64,000 bases of DNA from an uncultured virus (IMG/VR IMGVR_UViG_3300008267_000055) (lineage: Duplodnaviria > Heunggongvirae > Uroviricota > Caudoviricetes), in IMG/VR virus record IMGVR_UViG_3300008267_000055; one strand, 5' to 3'. Of the stretch, positions 27,445 through 37,091 are shown piece by piece (within the stretch, counting starts at the first letter, position 1; every line of letters starts with the position of its first letter). The notes beneath the pieces are model-generated. The model was not told the origin of the DNA. It saw nothing but the letters and a program-made list of their open reading frames with translations, and made no database searches. Position numbers and translations under genes: made by a program.

Positions 27445-27846
27445 TCACACAGGCGCCCAAATAGCGTAGAGCGTACGCGGCTGAGAGTCAGTAATAAGAG
27501 AGCTAGGTTCAATGGCAGCCTCAGGATTAGCCGTCGGAACGATCGACCAGCCTGCGAAAACAACATCAGCCTTCGTGGGATCATCCGGGAAGACCGATCC
27601 GTAGGTAGCCCCAACAACCGCGACAACCGAGGGAATGGCCCCTGGCGTACCACCCCTAGTGTCGAAAAAAACAATAGTGAGCCCAGCGAGCTCTGCAATC
27701 CTGGCCTCGAGCGCCGCGAGGCGCTCGCCAACGGCGAAAAGCGTACCCGCCGGGTTGAGAAGCTTGCTGAGAACGTCCGCCTGCGTGGCCGTGAGGGGAA
27801 CGGAGGCGTCGGAATTCTTACGATCAGTGACAACGTCGGGGTACAT
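27445..27846 (-). CDS. Virion decoration protein: shared N-terminal anchor + Listeria-Bacteroides (InlB B-type) repeat
   Basis: VFFDTRGG...YG..P.DPTK...FAGW...TLYAIW; N-terminus paralogous to 27866..28909. Confidence 0.75.
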   Translation of the reverse strand: MYPDVVTDRKNSDASVPLTATQADVLSKLLNPAGTLFAVGERLAALEARIAELAGLTIVFFDTRGGTPGAIPSVVAVVGATYGSVFPDDPTKADVVFAGWSIVPTANPEAAIEPSSLITDSQPRTLYAIWAPV

Positions 27847-27865
27847 GATAACTCCTTACAAAAAA

Positions 27866-28909
27866 TTAAGAGACCGCAGTCAGTGAAACCTGCGTCACGC
27901 CAACGGACACCGCGCTGTTGCTGCCAAAATTGGCCACAACGTTGCCCTTCAGGAACGTTCCGCCAGCCGTAGCGAGCACGGCCTTGCCTGTGCCTGCCGC
28001 CACGTTGAAGCCCGTGTTGGACGCGACGAGGACCGACGAAGCGGCCACGAGCTCAACACCGGAGGCGTTGGCCACCGTGTTGGCCACGAGGCAGCTGCCG
28101 AGGCTCAGCGTGCAGCTCGCACCAACGCGCAGCGCCGCGACGGTCGAGCCGGTCTCAAAGCGCGTGGTGGCTGCCACCACGAGGTCACCACCGGTGACGT
28201 CGAGGGAGCGTCCGCCGTTGGCAAAGGAGCAGTCGACCAAGTTCAGGTAACGCACTGAGGTGGACAGCAGCGTGAGGGCGGACGCGACCTGACCGCCCTC
28301 GTGGGTGAAGAGGCAGTTCTCGAACTCAATCGTCGAGGTTGCATCGTCACCCGCGCACACGACCATGGCCGTCGTGGCAGTAGCCTCATCACGGTAGACG
28401 CGCACTCCGCTGAAGTAAGCCCGGATGGGATCGTCGCCGCCGAGCGTCAGCAGCGTATCATCGCCACCACCGCTGATGAGCAGGTTCGACACGTAAACCG
28501 TGTTGTCTGCTGCGGTGCCACCTTCGTCAGGCGCGAAGGTCAGGCTGCTGAGGACAACCTGCAGGGCCTTGGGAGGCTGCAGGCCCACGAGGCTGACGCC
28601 GCCCTTGAGCACGACGTCACCCCAGTTGCCCGCACCCACGACGACCACGTCGCCGGGGACTGCGGCGTCGATTGCGTCCTGCAGGCTCGCATACTCACCA
28701 CCTTCCTTGGTGATGAGGATGGTGTTGCCGGACTTGCCCTCAATGAGGGGAGCGCCAGCAAGCGTGGCCTCTGCCTTTGCGATGCGCCCACCCACGCGGA
28801 AGAGACTTCCGGCGGGGTTAAGGAGCTTGTCCAGAACCTCCGCCTGCTGGGCGGTAAGAGGCTCTGACACATCCGAGTTTTTACGATCAGTGACAACGTC
28901 GGGGTACAT
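27866..28909 (-). CDS. Virion fibre/spike: shared N-terminal anchor + pectin-lyase-like right-handed beta-helix
   Basis: YASLQDAIDAAVPGDVVVVGAG.W cap motif followed by FENCLF/LVDCSF/LGSCLV rungs. Confidence 0.78.
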   Translation of the reverse strand: MYPDVVTDRKNSDVSEPLTAQQAEVLDKLLNPAGSLFRVGGRIAKAEATLAGAPLIEGKSGNTILITKEGGEYASLQDAIDAAVPGDVVVVGAGNWGDVVLKGGVSLVGLQPPKALQVVLSSLTFAPDEGGTAADNTVYVSNLLISGGGDDTLLTLGGDDPIRAYFSGVRVYRDEATATTAMVVCAGDDATSTIEFENCLFTHEGGQVASALTLLSTSVRYLNLVDCSFANGGRSLDVTGGDLVVAATTRFETGSTVAALRVGASCTLSLGSCLVANTVANASGVELVAASSVLVASNTGFNVAAGTGKAVLATAGGTFLKGNVVANFGSNSAVSVGVTQVSLTAVS

Positions 28910-28918
28910 GGCAGCTCC

Positions 28919-29257
28919 TTAAAACACGCCCGCCCAAGCGTCGCCGTGACGGTCGGACTGGAACCAAACCTGGCCCTCAGTGAGGATCTTGATGCCCAGC
29001 CAGCGACCGCGAATAATCGCGATCTCGTTGCTGAGCCCACCGGCCTGCCCGGGGTAAGAAGCCCAAACGCGCGAAGGCCCGAGGACCTCGATCGTGTAGG
29101 GCGCGTCACACTGGACAACGTGCGCCGAAAACCGCGACGGATCGTAGTCCGTGTTGGCGCCGTCGAGCACGACCTCGCCGTTCTTCGGGCGCATTGGCCC
29201 GGTGACCTGAAGCCCCTTGAAGTTCAAGGGGCGGTTGAATGTGGTGAGCTCGCTCAT
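28919..29257 (-). CDS. Hypothetical protein
   Basis: 112-aa ORF with GGAGG RBS, co-oriented in the operon. Confidence 0.7.
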   Translation of the reverse strand: MSELTTFNRPLNFKGLQVTGPMRPKNGEVVLDGANTDYDPSRFSAHVVQCDAPYTIEVLGPSRVWASYPGQAGGLSNEIAIIRGRWLGIKILTEGQVWFQSDRHGDAWAGVF

Positions 29258-29314
29258 TGCGCCTCCGATTCTGGGAAAATAAATAGCTTGTCAGCTAAAA
29301 TGAAGCCGCTGCGT

Positions 29315-30202
29315 TCAGACTGGCGCAGGTGTTACCAAAGGTGGTGGGTTGAGGACCGCCAAGAACTCTACTGCGGAAGCCAGTGTACTAGAGAATATGC
29401 GGCTCGTGCCTTTGTAGATGTCGGTATCGTAGGCGTACAACGGGTGTGGGCCTGTGTTGTACGGGTTTCCGATGACGGTTTCTTCCGTCAGGGCATTGCC
29501 GCCGTAGGGGACGCTGACGGGCGTATAGACGGCTGGCTCGGAGGTGTAGTCTGGGTCAAGCAACCAAGTCTTTGGGATTAGGTCTTGCTGTGATTCGAAA
29601 AATATCAGCTCGAACAAGCAGCCGTCGCCAGACGTGAAAGTATCGGAGCCCTCAGGCTGGCCAGCTACGTTGTAGTCGATCAGGCGGCCAGGGGTTCGTT
29701 CGTGAGCTACGAACGGTAGGACAAAAAACTCCGTCGCGCCTCGGTGACGCTCCCAAGCCTTAGAGTCTGCGGCACTCCAATAAAGGGTTTTTACCTTTAC
29801 CAGCTCCATCTCGTCGGAGAGCGCCGTGTAATTGTCCGTGAAGAAAAGCTCGTCTCCGATCCTGACAAGTCGGTTGACATGCTTGCTCTGCCACTGGGTG
29901 CTGATAATGCTAAGGCGCTCTGTCCCAGGAAGGCCTGTATTAAAAAATACAAGATTGCCGGTTATCTTGACGTCCAAAAAAGAAAAGGCGAGGCGAGCGG
30001 CGTCATAGGTAGCTTGGAAAGTACCACGGGACCCGTACGCAAGCGTATGGAGCACCCTTCGCCAGTTCAGCTCTGGAATCTCGGAGCCCTGTGGAACCGG
30101 TACTCCGTAAATCCGAGCGAGGTCTCGGAACGCAGTTCCCTCAGCGCGGTGAACAAGCGTATCGCGCCAAGCCTCTTCCATCTGGGACCAAAGCGCGCGC
30201 AT
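29315..30202 (-). CDS. Putative baseplate/wedge-associated protein
   Basis: AEGTAFRDLARIYGVP resembles tail protein I-like N-termini; position; TAATG coupling. Confidence 0.5.
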   Translation of the reverse strand: MRALWSQMEEAWRDTLVHRAEGTAFRDLARIYGVPVPQGSEIPELNWRRVLHTLAYGSRGTFQATYDAARLAFSFLDVKITGNLVFFNTGLPGTERLSIISTQWQSKHVNRLVRIGDELFFTDNYTALSDEMELVKVKTLYWSAADSKAWERHRGATEFFVLPFVAHERTPGRLIDYNVAGQPEGSDTFTSGDGCLFELIFFESQQDLIPKTWLLDPDYTSEPAVYTPVSVPYGGNALTEETVIGNPYNTGPHPLYAYDTDIYKGTSRIFSSTLASAVEFLAVLNPPPLVTPAPV

Positions 30203-30927
30203 TACAGCCTGCTCCTGGACTCTATGTCTCGGGTCACGGAGGTAACAATATCCCCAGTGGCAAACTCGGCTATGTTGTAGCTGGCGAGCTTAAAGGCAGT
30301 GTCTGCCTTTTCTGTGTACTCGACCTTAACTCCGTCGATCGAGATGCTGCCCGACGCCGGGAACCCAAGGGTGCTCTTGACGCGCAGGTACTGACCGCCG
30401 ATCGGAAAGTCTTCAGAAACGCGGGTCGTGGGTCGACCTCCGACGGCTTGGAGCTCTTTACCTGCCGCGAAAGTCAGAGCCTCCAAAAGTCCAAAGGCTC
30501 TCGGCCTAACAAGCGCGATGATCTCACCCTCCGGGTTTTCCAAATCTGGCGGGGCAAGAATATCTACGTCGATTCCAAACCGGACTAGTCCTGAGACCTC
30601 TACCTGCTCGCAAACAAGACGGTAGACCCCATTCGGGGTGAGCGGAGTCAGTGCAAGCAGGTAGGTGCCAGGAGCCGTTCGACTATACGAGAGAACAAAA
30701 GACCTGCCGTACGGCACCAGCTCCTCAAGAGAGAAGTTCTCTAAGAGAACCGCCCTTGAAGCGACGATCTCAATGCTCTCCGAATTTATAATTCGGACGT
30801 TAAGGATCGCAGGGATATCAAGCAGCGGGTCGCCGCAGCCTGTGCCCGGAGTCGGGGTGAGCAAATAATTGCCTGCCCCTCCTGGAGGAGGGCCGCCTAG
30901 GCTGTCTCCTGCTCCAACGGTGAGCAT
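30202..30927 (-). CDS. Putative baseplate-associated protein
   Basis: LRVKSTLGFPASGSISIDG..VEYTEK beta-module common in phage tail proteins; coupled starts and stops. Confidence 0.55.
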   Translation of the reverse strand: MLTVGAGDSLGGPPPGGAGNYLLTPTPGTGCGDPLLDIPAILNVRIINSESIEIVASRAVLLENFSLEELVPYGRSFVLSYSRTAPGTYLLALTPLTPNGVYRLVCEQVEVSGLVRFGIDVDILAPPDLENPEGEIIALVRPRAFGLLEALTFAAGKELQAVGGRPTTRVSEDFPIGGQYLRVKSTLGFPASGSISIDGVKVEYTEKADTAFKLASYNIAEFATGDIVTSVTRDIESRSRL

Positions 30928-32297
30928 CAGAGCACGTCCTGCTCATGCGGATTGTAGAGGCAGAAAGTCCCTTGAGCGTAAAACTGGTCAATCGAAGAGA
31001 GCACCTTAACTTGGAAGGAGACATCCTTTCCAACCAAGTCCTCTTCGGTGAAGGTACAGGTGGATGCTGGCGTGGCCGTTATAGGTACACCATTGGGCGC
31101 TGACGTCCCCGTCTGCCTGCGCTCGATCTCGGTTATCGTATAAGTGTTCGTGAGCTTTGTCTCGACTCTGAAAGTAAGCACACGCCAGTTAGCACCCGGG
31201 CCTATAACTGGGAAGACGTTGGAGAGCAGCGTAGAGGTTACACCGTCCACAACTCGGTTCAGTTCCCAAGTTATCGCACCTGCTCCGGCAGGGAGCAGGC
31301 AAGCAAGTGTCAAGTCGGCGCAGAGCTCCGACCCTTCTTGATGGCGCGTAAAAACTGGCGGAGAGTCGAGCAGGTCCCCCGTGATCGGGGAATCTGATTT
31401 TGTAAAGTACGCTTGAATGGCCGGAATGCCGGGGGCCCTGATGGGCTTAAGCGTCGTAGTATCTGTCGTGGGGACCAGGGAGATAGCCCCTGCTGTCAGC
31501 GTTATATCGCCTACCGCAGTGACGTTGACGTCAGAGTCAGCCTCCACGGTTGCGTCCCCACTAGCGCTAAGGCGAATGTCCCCGTTGTCAGCGGACACGT
31601 CGACGGATTCAACCTCAACGAGTAGCTGGCCGGTACCGGACAAATTAAGACCGTCGAAGCTGCTCAGCGAAGCTCCGTGTGACTCAAAGTGCAGCTTGAC
31701 ATGATCCCCGCCTACTTCGTGCCTGATAGTAAAAAACTTCTCATTCAATCCAGCGGTCTGCTGGTCCTGAATCAGAACGCCGTTGACGGTGACGTCTGTG
31801 CCTTGACCTGCCGGGACAATGGAATCCGCAGTCAGCGAATTTGTAGCCTCGTCGTAGTAAGGAAAAAGGTTTCCAGCGCGATCTACCAAGGCCCAGAGGT
31901 CCTCGATCCAACCATACTGCCCGCGCGCGGGCTTAACGAGCCCTGAGACCTCCTTCACACGAATCACACCGAACGCGGTAGAGAGCGGGGAGGTAAAATT
32001 GAAGGGCTCCGCGACCGCCTGCGTTGGATAGGGTGCTGCGTGTGAGGACCCGGTGTCGTCCGTGATCTTCAGGAAGACCACGTACGTCCCGCGACCATTC
32101 GCCCCACTGAGCGTAGGGGTCAAAGTGTTCGCCCCTGTAAGAATAGGTGCTGGCGAAAGGCTGGGCGGATACGTCACTAAAGCCCACTCATACACCGGGT
32201 TAGGTCCGACGGTGGACGTGGTGGCGGAGAGACTGACGGTCCCGGGTGGGTTATCGTAGGAGGCAGCTGGCCCAGTAACGCGGGGGATAGGTGGCAT
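30927..32297 (-). CDS. Tail fibre-like protein with N-terminal PKD/Ig-like domain (paralog of 32912..34282)
   Basis: VSLSA..YEWALV..P..GTYVVFLKITDD PKD-like pattern, then beta-repeat stalk. Confidence 0.7.
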   Translation of the reverse strand: MPPIPRVTGPAASYDNPPGTVSLSATTSTVGPNPVYEWALVTYPPSLSPAPILTGANTLTPTLSGANGRGTYVVFLKITDDTGSSHAAPYPTQAVAEPFNFTSPLSTAFGVIRVKEVSGLVKPARGQYGWIEDLWALVDRAGNLFPYYDEATNSLTADSIVPAGQGTDVTVNGVLIQDQQTAGLNEKFFTIRHEVGGDHVKLHFESHGASLSSFDGLNLSGTGQLLVEVESVDVSADNGDIRLSASGDATVEADSDVNVTAVGDITLTAGAISLVPTTDTTTLKPIRAPGIPAIQAYFTKSDSPITGDLLDSPPVFTRHQEGSELCADLTLACLLPAGAGAITWELNRVVDGVTSTLLSNVFPVIGPGANWRVLTFRVETKLTNTYTITEIERRQTGTSAPNGVPITATPASTCTFTEEDLVGKDVSFQVKVLSSIDQFYAQGTFCLYNPHEQDVL

Positions 32298-32366
32298 GTC
32301 AGATCCTCTCAGTCGATCGTAGGCAGCCTGTCATCCAAACAATGACGGGTGCAAGGAATGGCGCCC

Positions 32367-32915
32367 TTAGGTAACGGGGCCGCGTTTGGAGTAGACCTCG
32401 ACGTTGAAAAATCCCCGGTAGCGGTTGACCTCGAGAGAGCTCGGGTCGGGCACGGCCCGTATCGCGTCTGGGATTTCCATGACGTAGCCAGCGTAGAGGA
32501 TCTGGATGGTATAAACCCCAAGCGGAACCATAGGCATGGCGAATCTCAGAACCCGCCTGCCGTACATCGGGTTTATCCTGTCGTCTCGGCCTTCCAAGCC
32601 TGAGTGAGCGTTCGGGTACAGGTCTGGAAAATACTGCCCTAGGCAGGATTTTAGCCTGACCTTGTAATCCCCTGGAGCCCATGGGCTTGAGGTGCTGACC
32701 AAGTCAATCAGAGTCCCACCCTGCTGCGAGTACTCCCAAGGGGACGCTTGGCGGGTGATCTTCTCTTCGAGGTCAAAAACAAACTCGCTCCCGATGACGA
32801 CGACGCCCTCGCGAAGAGCAAGAAATCCGTAAGGGTCGCCCGCACCACTGCTGAGCCACCCGTAAGGGTCACCCGCGCCCCCAAAAACGACATCTCCTGC
32901 CCCAGACCACATCAT
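32367..32915 (-). CDS. Ig/IPT-like structural protein
   Basis: SGAGDPYG repeats, GGTLIDL..LRFAMP..PLGVYTIQI Ig-like pattern. Confidence 0.55.
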   Translation of the reverse strand: MMWSGAGDVVFGGAGDPYGWLSSGAGDPYGFLALREGVVVIGSEFVFDLEEKITRQASPWEYSQQGGTLIDLVSTSSPWAPGDYKVRLKSCLGQYFPDLYPNAHSGLEGRDDRINPMYGRRVLRFAMPMVPLGVYTIQILYAGYVMEIPDAIRAVPDPSSLEVNRYRGFFNVEVYSKRGPVT

Positions 32916-34282
32916 GCCCTCCGGAGGAGATTAAACATAACGCTGCTGTTCCTCATGCTAGGCATCGTCACAGAGTTAGATTCTGCGCTGAATCCGAACC
33001 TGTACTCAAAGCCGTCCTCCAAAAAATTACCGGCCGACGTATTACCGAGACCGTAATCGGAGCGAGTTACAGAAGTTGAATCTGTTAAATTCAGATTAGT
33101 AACAGCGGTCGAAGCCACGTTCTTACCGACTGAGGTGGTAAAGCCAGTGGTGGTGAGTGTTTGATCACTAATAAGGCCAGTCGCGTCGGGCGTGAGCTGT
33201 ATTTCTAAGCACCTGACTTTGTCTGAGGTGCCTTGCTTGTACATGTTTAAGTAAAGCTTGACGTACTTTCCCGCCCCAGCGGTAAAATTCCGTAATCCAA
33301 AAGCGGAGAAAAACTGTAAGCAAAAATTAGGTAGCAGGCCACCGCCAGTAAGAGCCTCGTATCTGTAGGAGGCTATCGTCGATCCGGCGAAGGTGAGATC
33401 TGCCTCAGATCCTATATCTTGGAACGATATCCCGCCCGTGGTAGTATTATATTTAGGTGCGTAAGAAGTCGGGTATCCTTCGAGCTGAATAATCTTAGAG
33501 GGATTTGAGGCAGAGAAGCTGGCCCTGATATAAGAGTCCGCTCCCGAAGTAGTAATGTTCGTGTTGCCGCCTGCGACGACAGCAACGTCATTTCCAGCCG
33601 AAATGCCTACGCCGTCCACGGCGTAGGCGGTGATGTCGTCGGACGATACCAGCGCGATGTTCTTGACGCCTGTAGTACTAAGGGTCAAGTGGCCTGTTCT
33701 GTTCTTGATCGCGTCAATGCTCACGCGATGATGGACGTGAATCTCGTGCCCGGTCGTGAACTCGTAGATATCGTCAGCGTAAATCTGACCGTTCCCTAGC
33801 GACGCCAAGGAGTCGATCGCACTTGAGTTCTGGTCAATACGATCGATAAGCGGCCAAAGGCCGTGCTCAAGCCACTGTCGCTCGCCGTAAGCGACCTTCG
33901 TTAAGCCGCTCAGGCTCCTTACCCGAACAGCCGCCATCGACGTCGTTACTGGAAAAGAGAAAGCGTAAGGTGCCGAGGTCGACTGCGCGGGCTCGATTCC
34001 TGCGTGCGACGAGCGGCCGAGATCGTCAGTGACCTGCAGGCTGACGAGGTACGAGCCCGGCTCGTCGATGTCGAGGATCTGAACCTCAGGAGTCTCAGCG
34101 TTGAAGAGCGTTGCGGCAGACCCGGGTGGCTTGCTGTGCAGAACCCAAAGCCACGATGTGATCGCCGTGGCCCCTGACGATGGTTCGCTATCAGCACCGC
34201 TAAGCGTGACCGTGGCGATTGGGAGGTCTGTGAGCTCAAAAACTGGAGCGGGTCCGATGACGGGGACTGGCTTACTGCTCAC
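32912..34282 (-). CDS. Tail fibre-like protein with N-terminal PKD/Ig-like domain
   Basis: VTLSGADS..ITSWLW..KPPGS..GSYLVSLQVTDD; coiled segment; AT-richer C-terminal domain. Confidence 0.7.
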   Translation of the reverse strand: MSSKPVPVIGPAPVFELTDLPIATVTLSGADSEPSSGATAITSWLWVLHSKPPGSAATLFNAETPEVQILDIDEPGSYLVSLQVTDDLGRSSHAGIEPAQSTSAPYAFSFPVTTSMAAVRVRSLSGLTKVAYGERQWLEHGLWPLIDRIDQNSSAIDSLASLGNGQIYADDIYEFTTGHEIHVHHRVSIDAIKNRTGHLTLSTTGVKNIALVSSDDITAYAVDGVGISAGNDVAVVAGGNTNITTSGADSYIRASFSASNPSKIIQLEGYPTSYAPKYNTTTGGISFQDIGSEADLTFAGSTIASYRYEALTGGGLLPNFCLQFFSAFGLRNFTAGAGKYVKLYLNMYKQGTSDKVRCLEIQLTPDATGLISDQTLTTTGFTTSVGKNVASTAVTNLNLTDSTSVTRSDYGLGNTSAGNFLEDGFEYRFGFSAESNSVTMPSMRNSSVMFNLLRRA

Positions 34283-35730
34283 AGCGAACCTCCGAGGGCG
34301 TTGATAGTATTACGACCGTACACAGCAAGGGTGAATGGCTCAGGCCTTGTTGAGCCGTCAGCGCGTGCAACCTTAACTCGCGTAACAAACTGGCCTGGGA
34401 CGAGACCGTAAGTTCCGCCGGTCGGGTCGTCCCCTGCCTCGGGGATCGAGCCCGCTGACTTTGGGAAGTTGATGTAGCTGATGAGGCAGCTTCTAGCCCA
34501 CGTGGCGCTGGTTATGAGCTGCTTTGGCGGATCATCACCTTCGTCTCCTGCAGACCAATCTTGGCGCATCGACGATGTAGCGACGATGTGATCGATTGCC
34601 GCAGTACCTACCGTGAACTTGATGTCCACGCCGAATGCTGACGTATTTATAATGGCGTCTGCTGGGCTTATTATTTCAGCATCAAATGACGCGTAGCCTA
34701 TTCCAGCAGCGCCTGTGCCGTGGTTTATGCTGAGCTCGTATAGGAAATTATTCCCTGGGAGCCCGCCTGAGACTCGAACGTAGACGAAGCCAAGCAATAT
34801 TGGCGTCGCCTCAAGCGCAGTGACCAGGTTGTTGGAGATCAGCGATATCTGCTCCTGAAGTGAGGCCAGCTGCGAGCTGATCTGCCTGATTCCCAACTGG
34901 GCTGGGGTTCTCCAAGTCGTGTTGTTCGGGTTAGCCGTGATCGCACGGGTCGTGCTGTCAAACGTGACCTCAGAGTCTTTGATCTGAAGAATGTTTGAGA
35001 TGGTGTCCTGAGCCAAGCGGTTCAGGCCCCACTTTCGAGAAGTAGTCGTCGATGCAGGGAGTGGTGGGGTATTCGCCCCTGCTGTCTGCTGCTCGGCGAT
35101 CGCTCCCATGAGGCTAATCGAGCCCTCACCCGTACCGCGATCGTCTCCGAGGGCAGAAATGGGCGTGACAGCGACTGTTACGGGACTGTCCGTCGTAATG
35201 CGGCGGAACGTCGCGAATCGAGTCCAGCCGTTGGCTGGGTTAATCAGCGTATCGTCCACGAGCGCCGTCATAGTGAAGAGGGCGTGCTCCCTGTTACGCG
35301 TCGCAACCGGAGAAACCTGCTCGCCGGATCCCGGCGCCGGCCAGTAGGCGCGGTTGTCAACGTCAACGTCTGCTGTGCCACGCTTGAACCAGAGATAACC
35401 CGAGTTGGCCCCGCCCAAGGTGATGCTAGACAGTCCGTTCTGCGCAGGCCGGTCTGGGTCGTGAATTACAACTCCACCCTCAAGAAGATTATTGCTAGTG
35501 TCCCCAGTTTTAGGGATGCTGCACGCCAGCATACAAGGGCCGATGAAAATCGTGTCCGTGCCGGTGTTCCATGTGAACGGAACGGTGGTCAAGGCACCCC
35601 CGCCTTCACCCAAGAGCGAAGCAACGGTACGCGCGACCGCCTCCTGAATCAGGACCGACATGTCAGTCAGGTCTTTCTTGTCGACGCGCTGATTGGTCAG
35701 CGGGAAAATGACCTTGTCTCCGGTCGGCAT
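34279..35730 (-). CDS. Baseplate/tail-fibre attachment protein (putative)
   Basis: Immediately downstream of baseplate J-like gene; short coiled coil QISSQLASLQEQI. Confidence 0.55.
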   Translation of the reverse strand: MPTGDKVIFPLTNQRVDKKDLTDMSVLIQEAVARTVASLLGEGGGALTTVPFTWNTGTDTIFIGPCMLACSIPKTGDTSNNLLEGGVVIHDPDRPAQNGLSSITLGGANSGYLWFKRGTADVDVDNRAYWPAPGSGEQVSPVATRNREHALFTMTALVDDTLINPANGWTRFATFRRITTDSPVTVAVTPISALGDDRGTGEGSISLMGAIAEQQTAGANTPPLPASTTTSRKWGLNRLAQDTISNILQIKDSEVTFDSTTRAITANPNNTTWRTPAQLGIRQISSQLASLQEQISLISNNLVTALEATPILLGFVYVRVSGGLPGNNFLYELSINHGTGAAGIGYASFDAEIISPADAIINTSAFGVDIKFTVGTAAIDHIVATSSMRQDWSAGDEGDDPPKQLITSATWARSCLISYINFPKSAGSIPEAGDDPTGGTYGLVPGQFVTRVKVARADGSTRPEPFTLAVYGRNTINALGGSL

Positions 35731-35732
35731 GA

Positions 35733-37088
35733 TTACCTCAGGGTCACACTGTTAACGTTAGTCACCAGCTTGGTGCGCGGGCTTCCAGGGTAGAGGTCGT
35801 CTTGGTCGAAGATGATATTCTCAATCCCTGCTGCTTGCGCAACCCAGTCGTGCAGCTTGTGAATAAAAGCTGGCTGACCGGGGCCAAGGCGATTAAAAAA
35901 TTCGATGATGTAGTCTCTCACCGCAGCGAAGACCGCAGGAATCGAATATCCCGCCCGAACGATGCAGTTGGCGGTAATATTAACGATCTGAATCTGCGGC
36001 ACAACGACGCGTACCCGTGTCCCTGCAGCCGTGCAGGTACGGTTTACGTAGTCTTGGAACTCGGCCACCCAGCCTTGGTAGACGCGATGGCCTGCGATCG
36101 TCCAAAGGGTGCCTGGTGGGAGGAAAGGCGTTGGCTCCTGAGTCCAAGCCACGCCCTTCTCTTCGATCGGAATCCACCAAGACTGGGGCGAGCGATAGAT
36201 TTGGGTGGAGAACTCCGGCGGGGCTTCGACCGTCAGAGAAATCCTATCGGCTGCCGGGGAGTCGAACCAGAAGGTTTGCCGGGTGCCCCCTTGCAACTCT
36301 GGGATTCTCCCTCGAGTAGTAGAGGCTGCGCGTGTGGCACCTGGAAGGCCTTGGCCGTCGGAAACAACAAGTTCGGTGTAGCCCCGGTGGCCGTCGGCGT
36401 ACTCGAAGGCCTTGGCGTGGCGAATGCTTGCCCCGGTTGAATCGACAAAATTAAGAGCAATAGCCTCAATAGCATTAGCTTGGCTGCGAGCCAAGCTAAG
36501 GATCATGGCCATCGCTCGCTGGCGCAGAAGCTCGTCGGGCTCGCGATCAGAACCCTCGGTGAAAGGTGCTGTGTTTATGCAGCTCTCTAAGCCCTCACCC
36601 TGCAGAATCTGAGTAATCGTTCCTGCAGGAGCGTTTGTGTTCGACCCCGTAACGATGCAAGAGAAGTACAGGTCATCGATCGTGAGCGTTGGAGAGTCGA
36701 AGAACACCGGGTCACGATTCACAAAGGCGATGGTCGGGCTATTCGGATTGCAGATCCTGATCTGTCCGGGCGCGAACGAGAGGACTGTGAAAGATGCTGA
36801 CTTGGTAAGCGAGACGCTGCCGCCCCTAGACGCTACCTGACCACGCCTTGGTTGAACGTTGGGTATCTGCGCGACGCGGTCAGTAAGGAGATCGCCAGAC
36901 ACGTTCAGAAGGTGACCGTTGACGAAGTCCAAGAGCCTGTGCTCGAGTGCAGAAATCTCCGTCCCAAAGGCTCCGAAAATAGTCCCTGCGACGTCGCCTT
37001 CGTCGATAGAGGTCAGCACGCCGGTGCTGACCAGATAAGCGATGAGAGACTGTCGAATTTCGTCGGGCGTTCTTGGAGTGATGGGCAT
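35733..37088 (-). CDS. Baseplate J-like wedge protein
   Basis: G..TNAPAGTIT...N..PFT.GSDREPDELLRQR, AAGTRVRVV.P motifs. Confidence 0.88.
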   Translation of the reverse strand: MPITPRTPDEIRQSLIAYLVSTGVLTSIDEGDVAGTIFGAFGTEISALEHRLLDFVNGHLLNVSGDLLTDRVAQIPNVQPRRGQVASRGGSVSLTKSASFTVLSFAPGQIRICNPNSPTIAFVNRDPVFFDSPTLTIDDLYFSCIVTGSNTNAPAGTITQILQGEGLESCINTAPFTEGSDREPDELLRQRAMAMILSLARSQANAIEAIALNFVDSTGASIRHAKAFEYADGHRGYTELVVSDGQGLPGATRAASTTRGRIPELQGGTRQTFWFDSPAADRISLTVEAPPEFSTQIYRSPQSWWIPIEEKGVAWTQEPTPFLPPGTLWTIAGHRVYQGWVAEFQDYVNRTCTAAGTRVRVVVPQIQIVNITANCIVRAGYSIPAVFAAVRDYIIEFFNRLGPGQPAFIHKLHDWVAQAAGIENIIFDQDDLYPGSPRTKLVTNVNSVTLR

Positions 37089-37091
37089 TGG

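Noticed and set aside
21435..28909. Repeats as possible diversity-generating retroelement TR/VR pairs
   Set aside because: No reverse transcriptase in the window; repeats are in-frame coding duplications and differences are not adenine-specific
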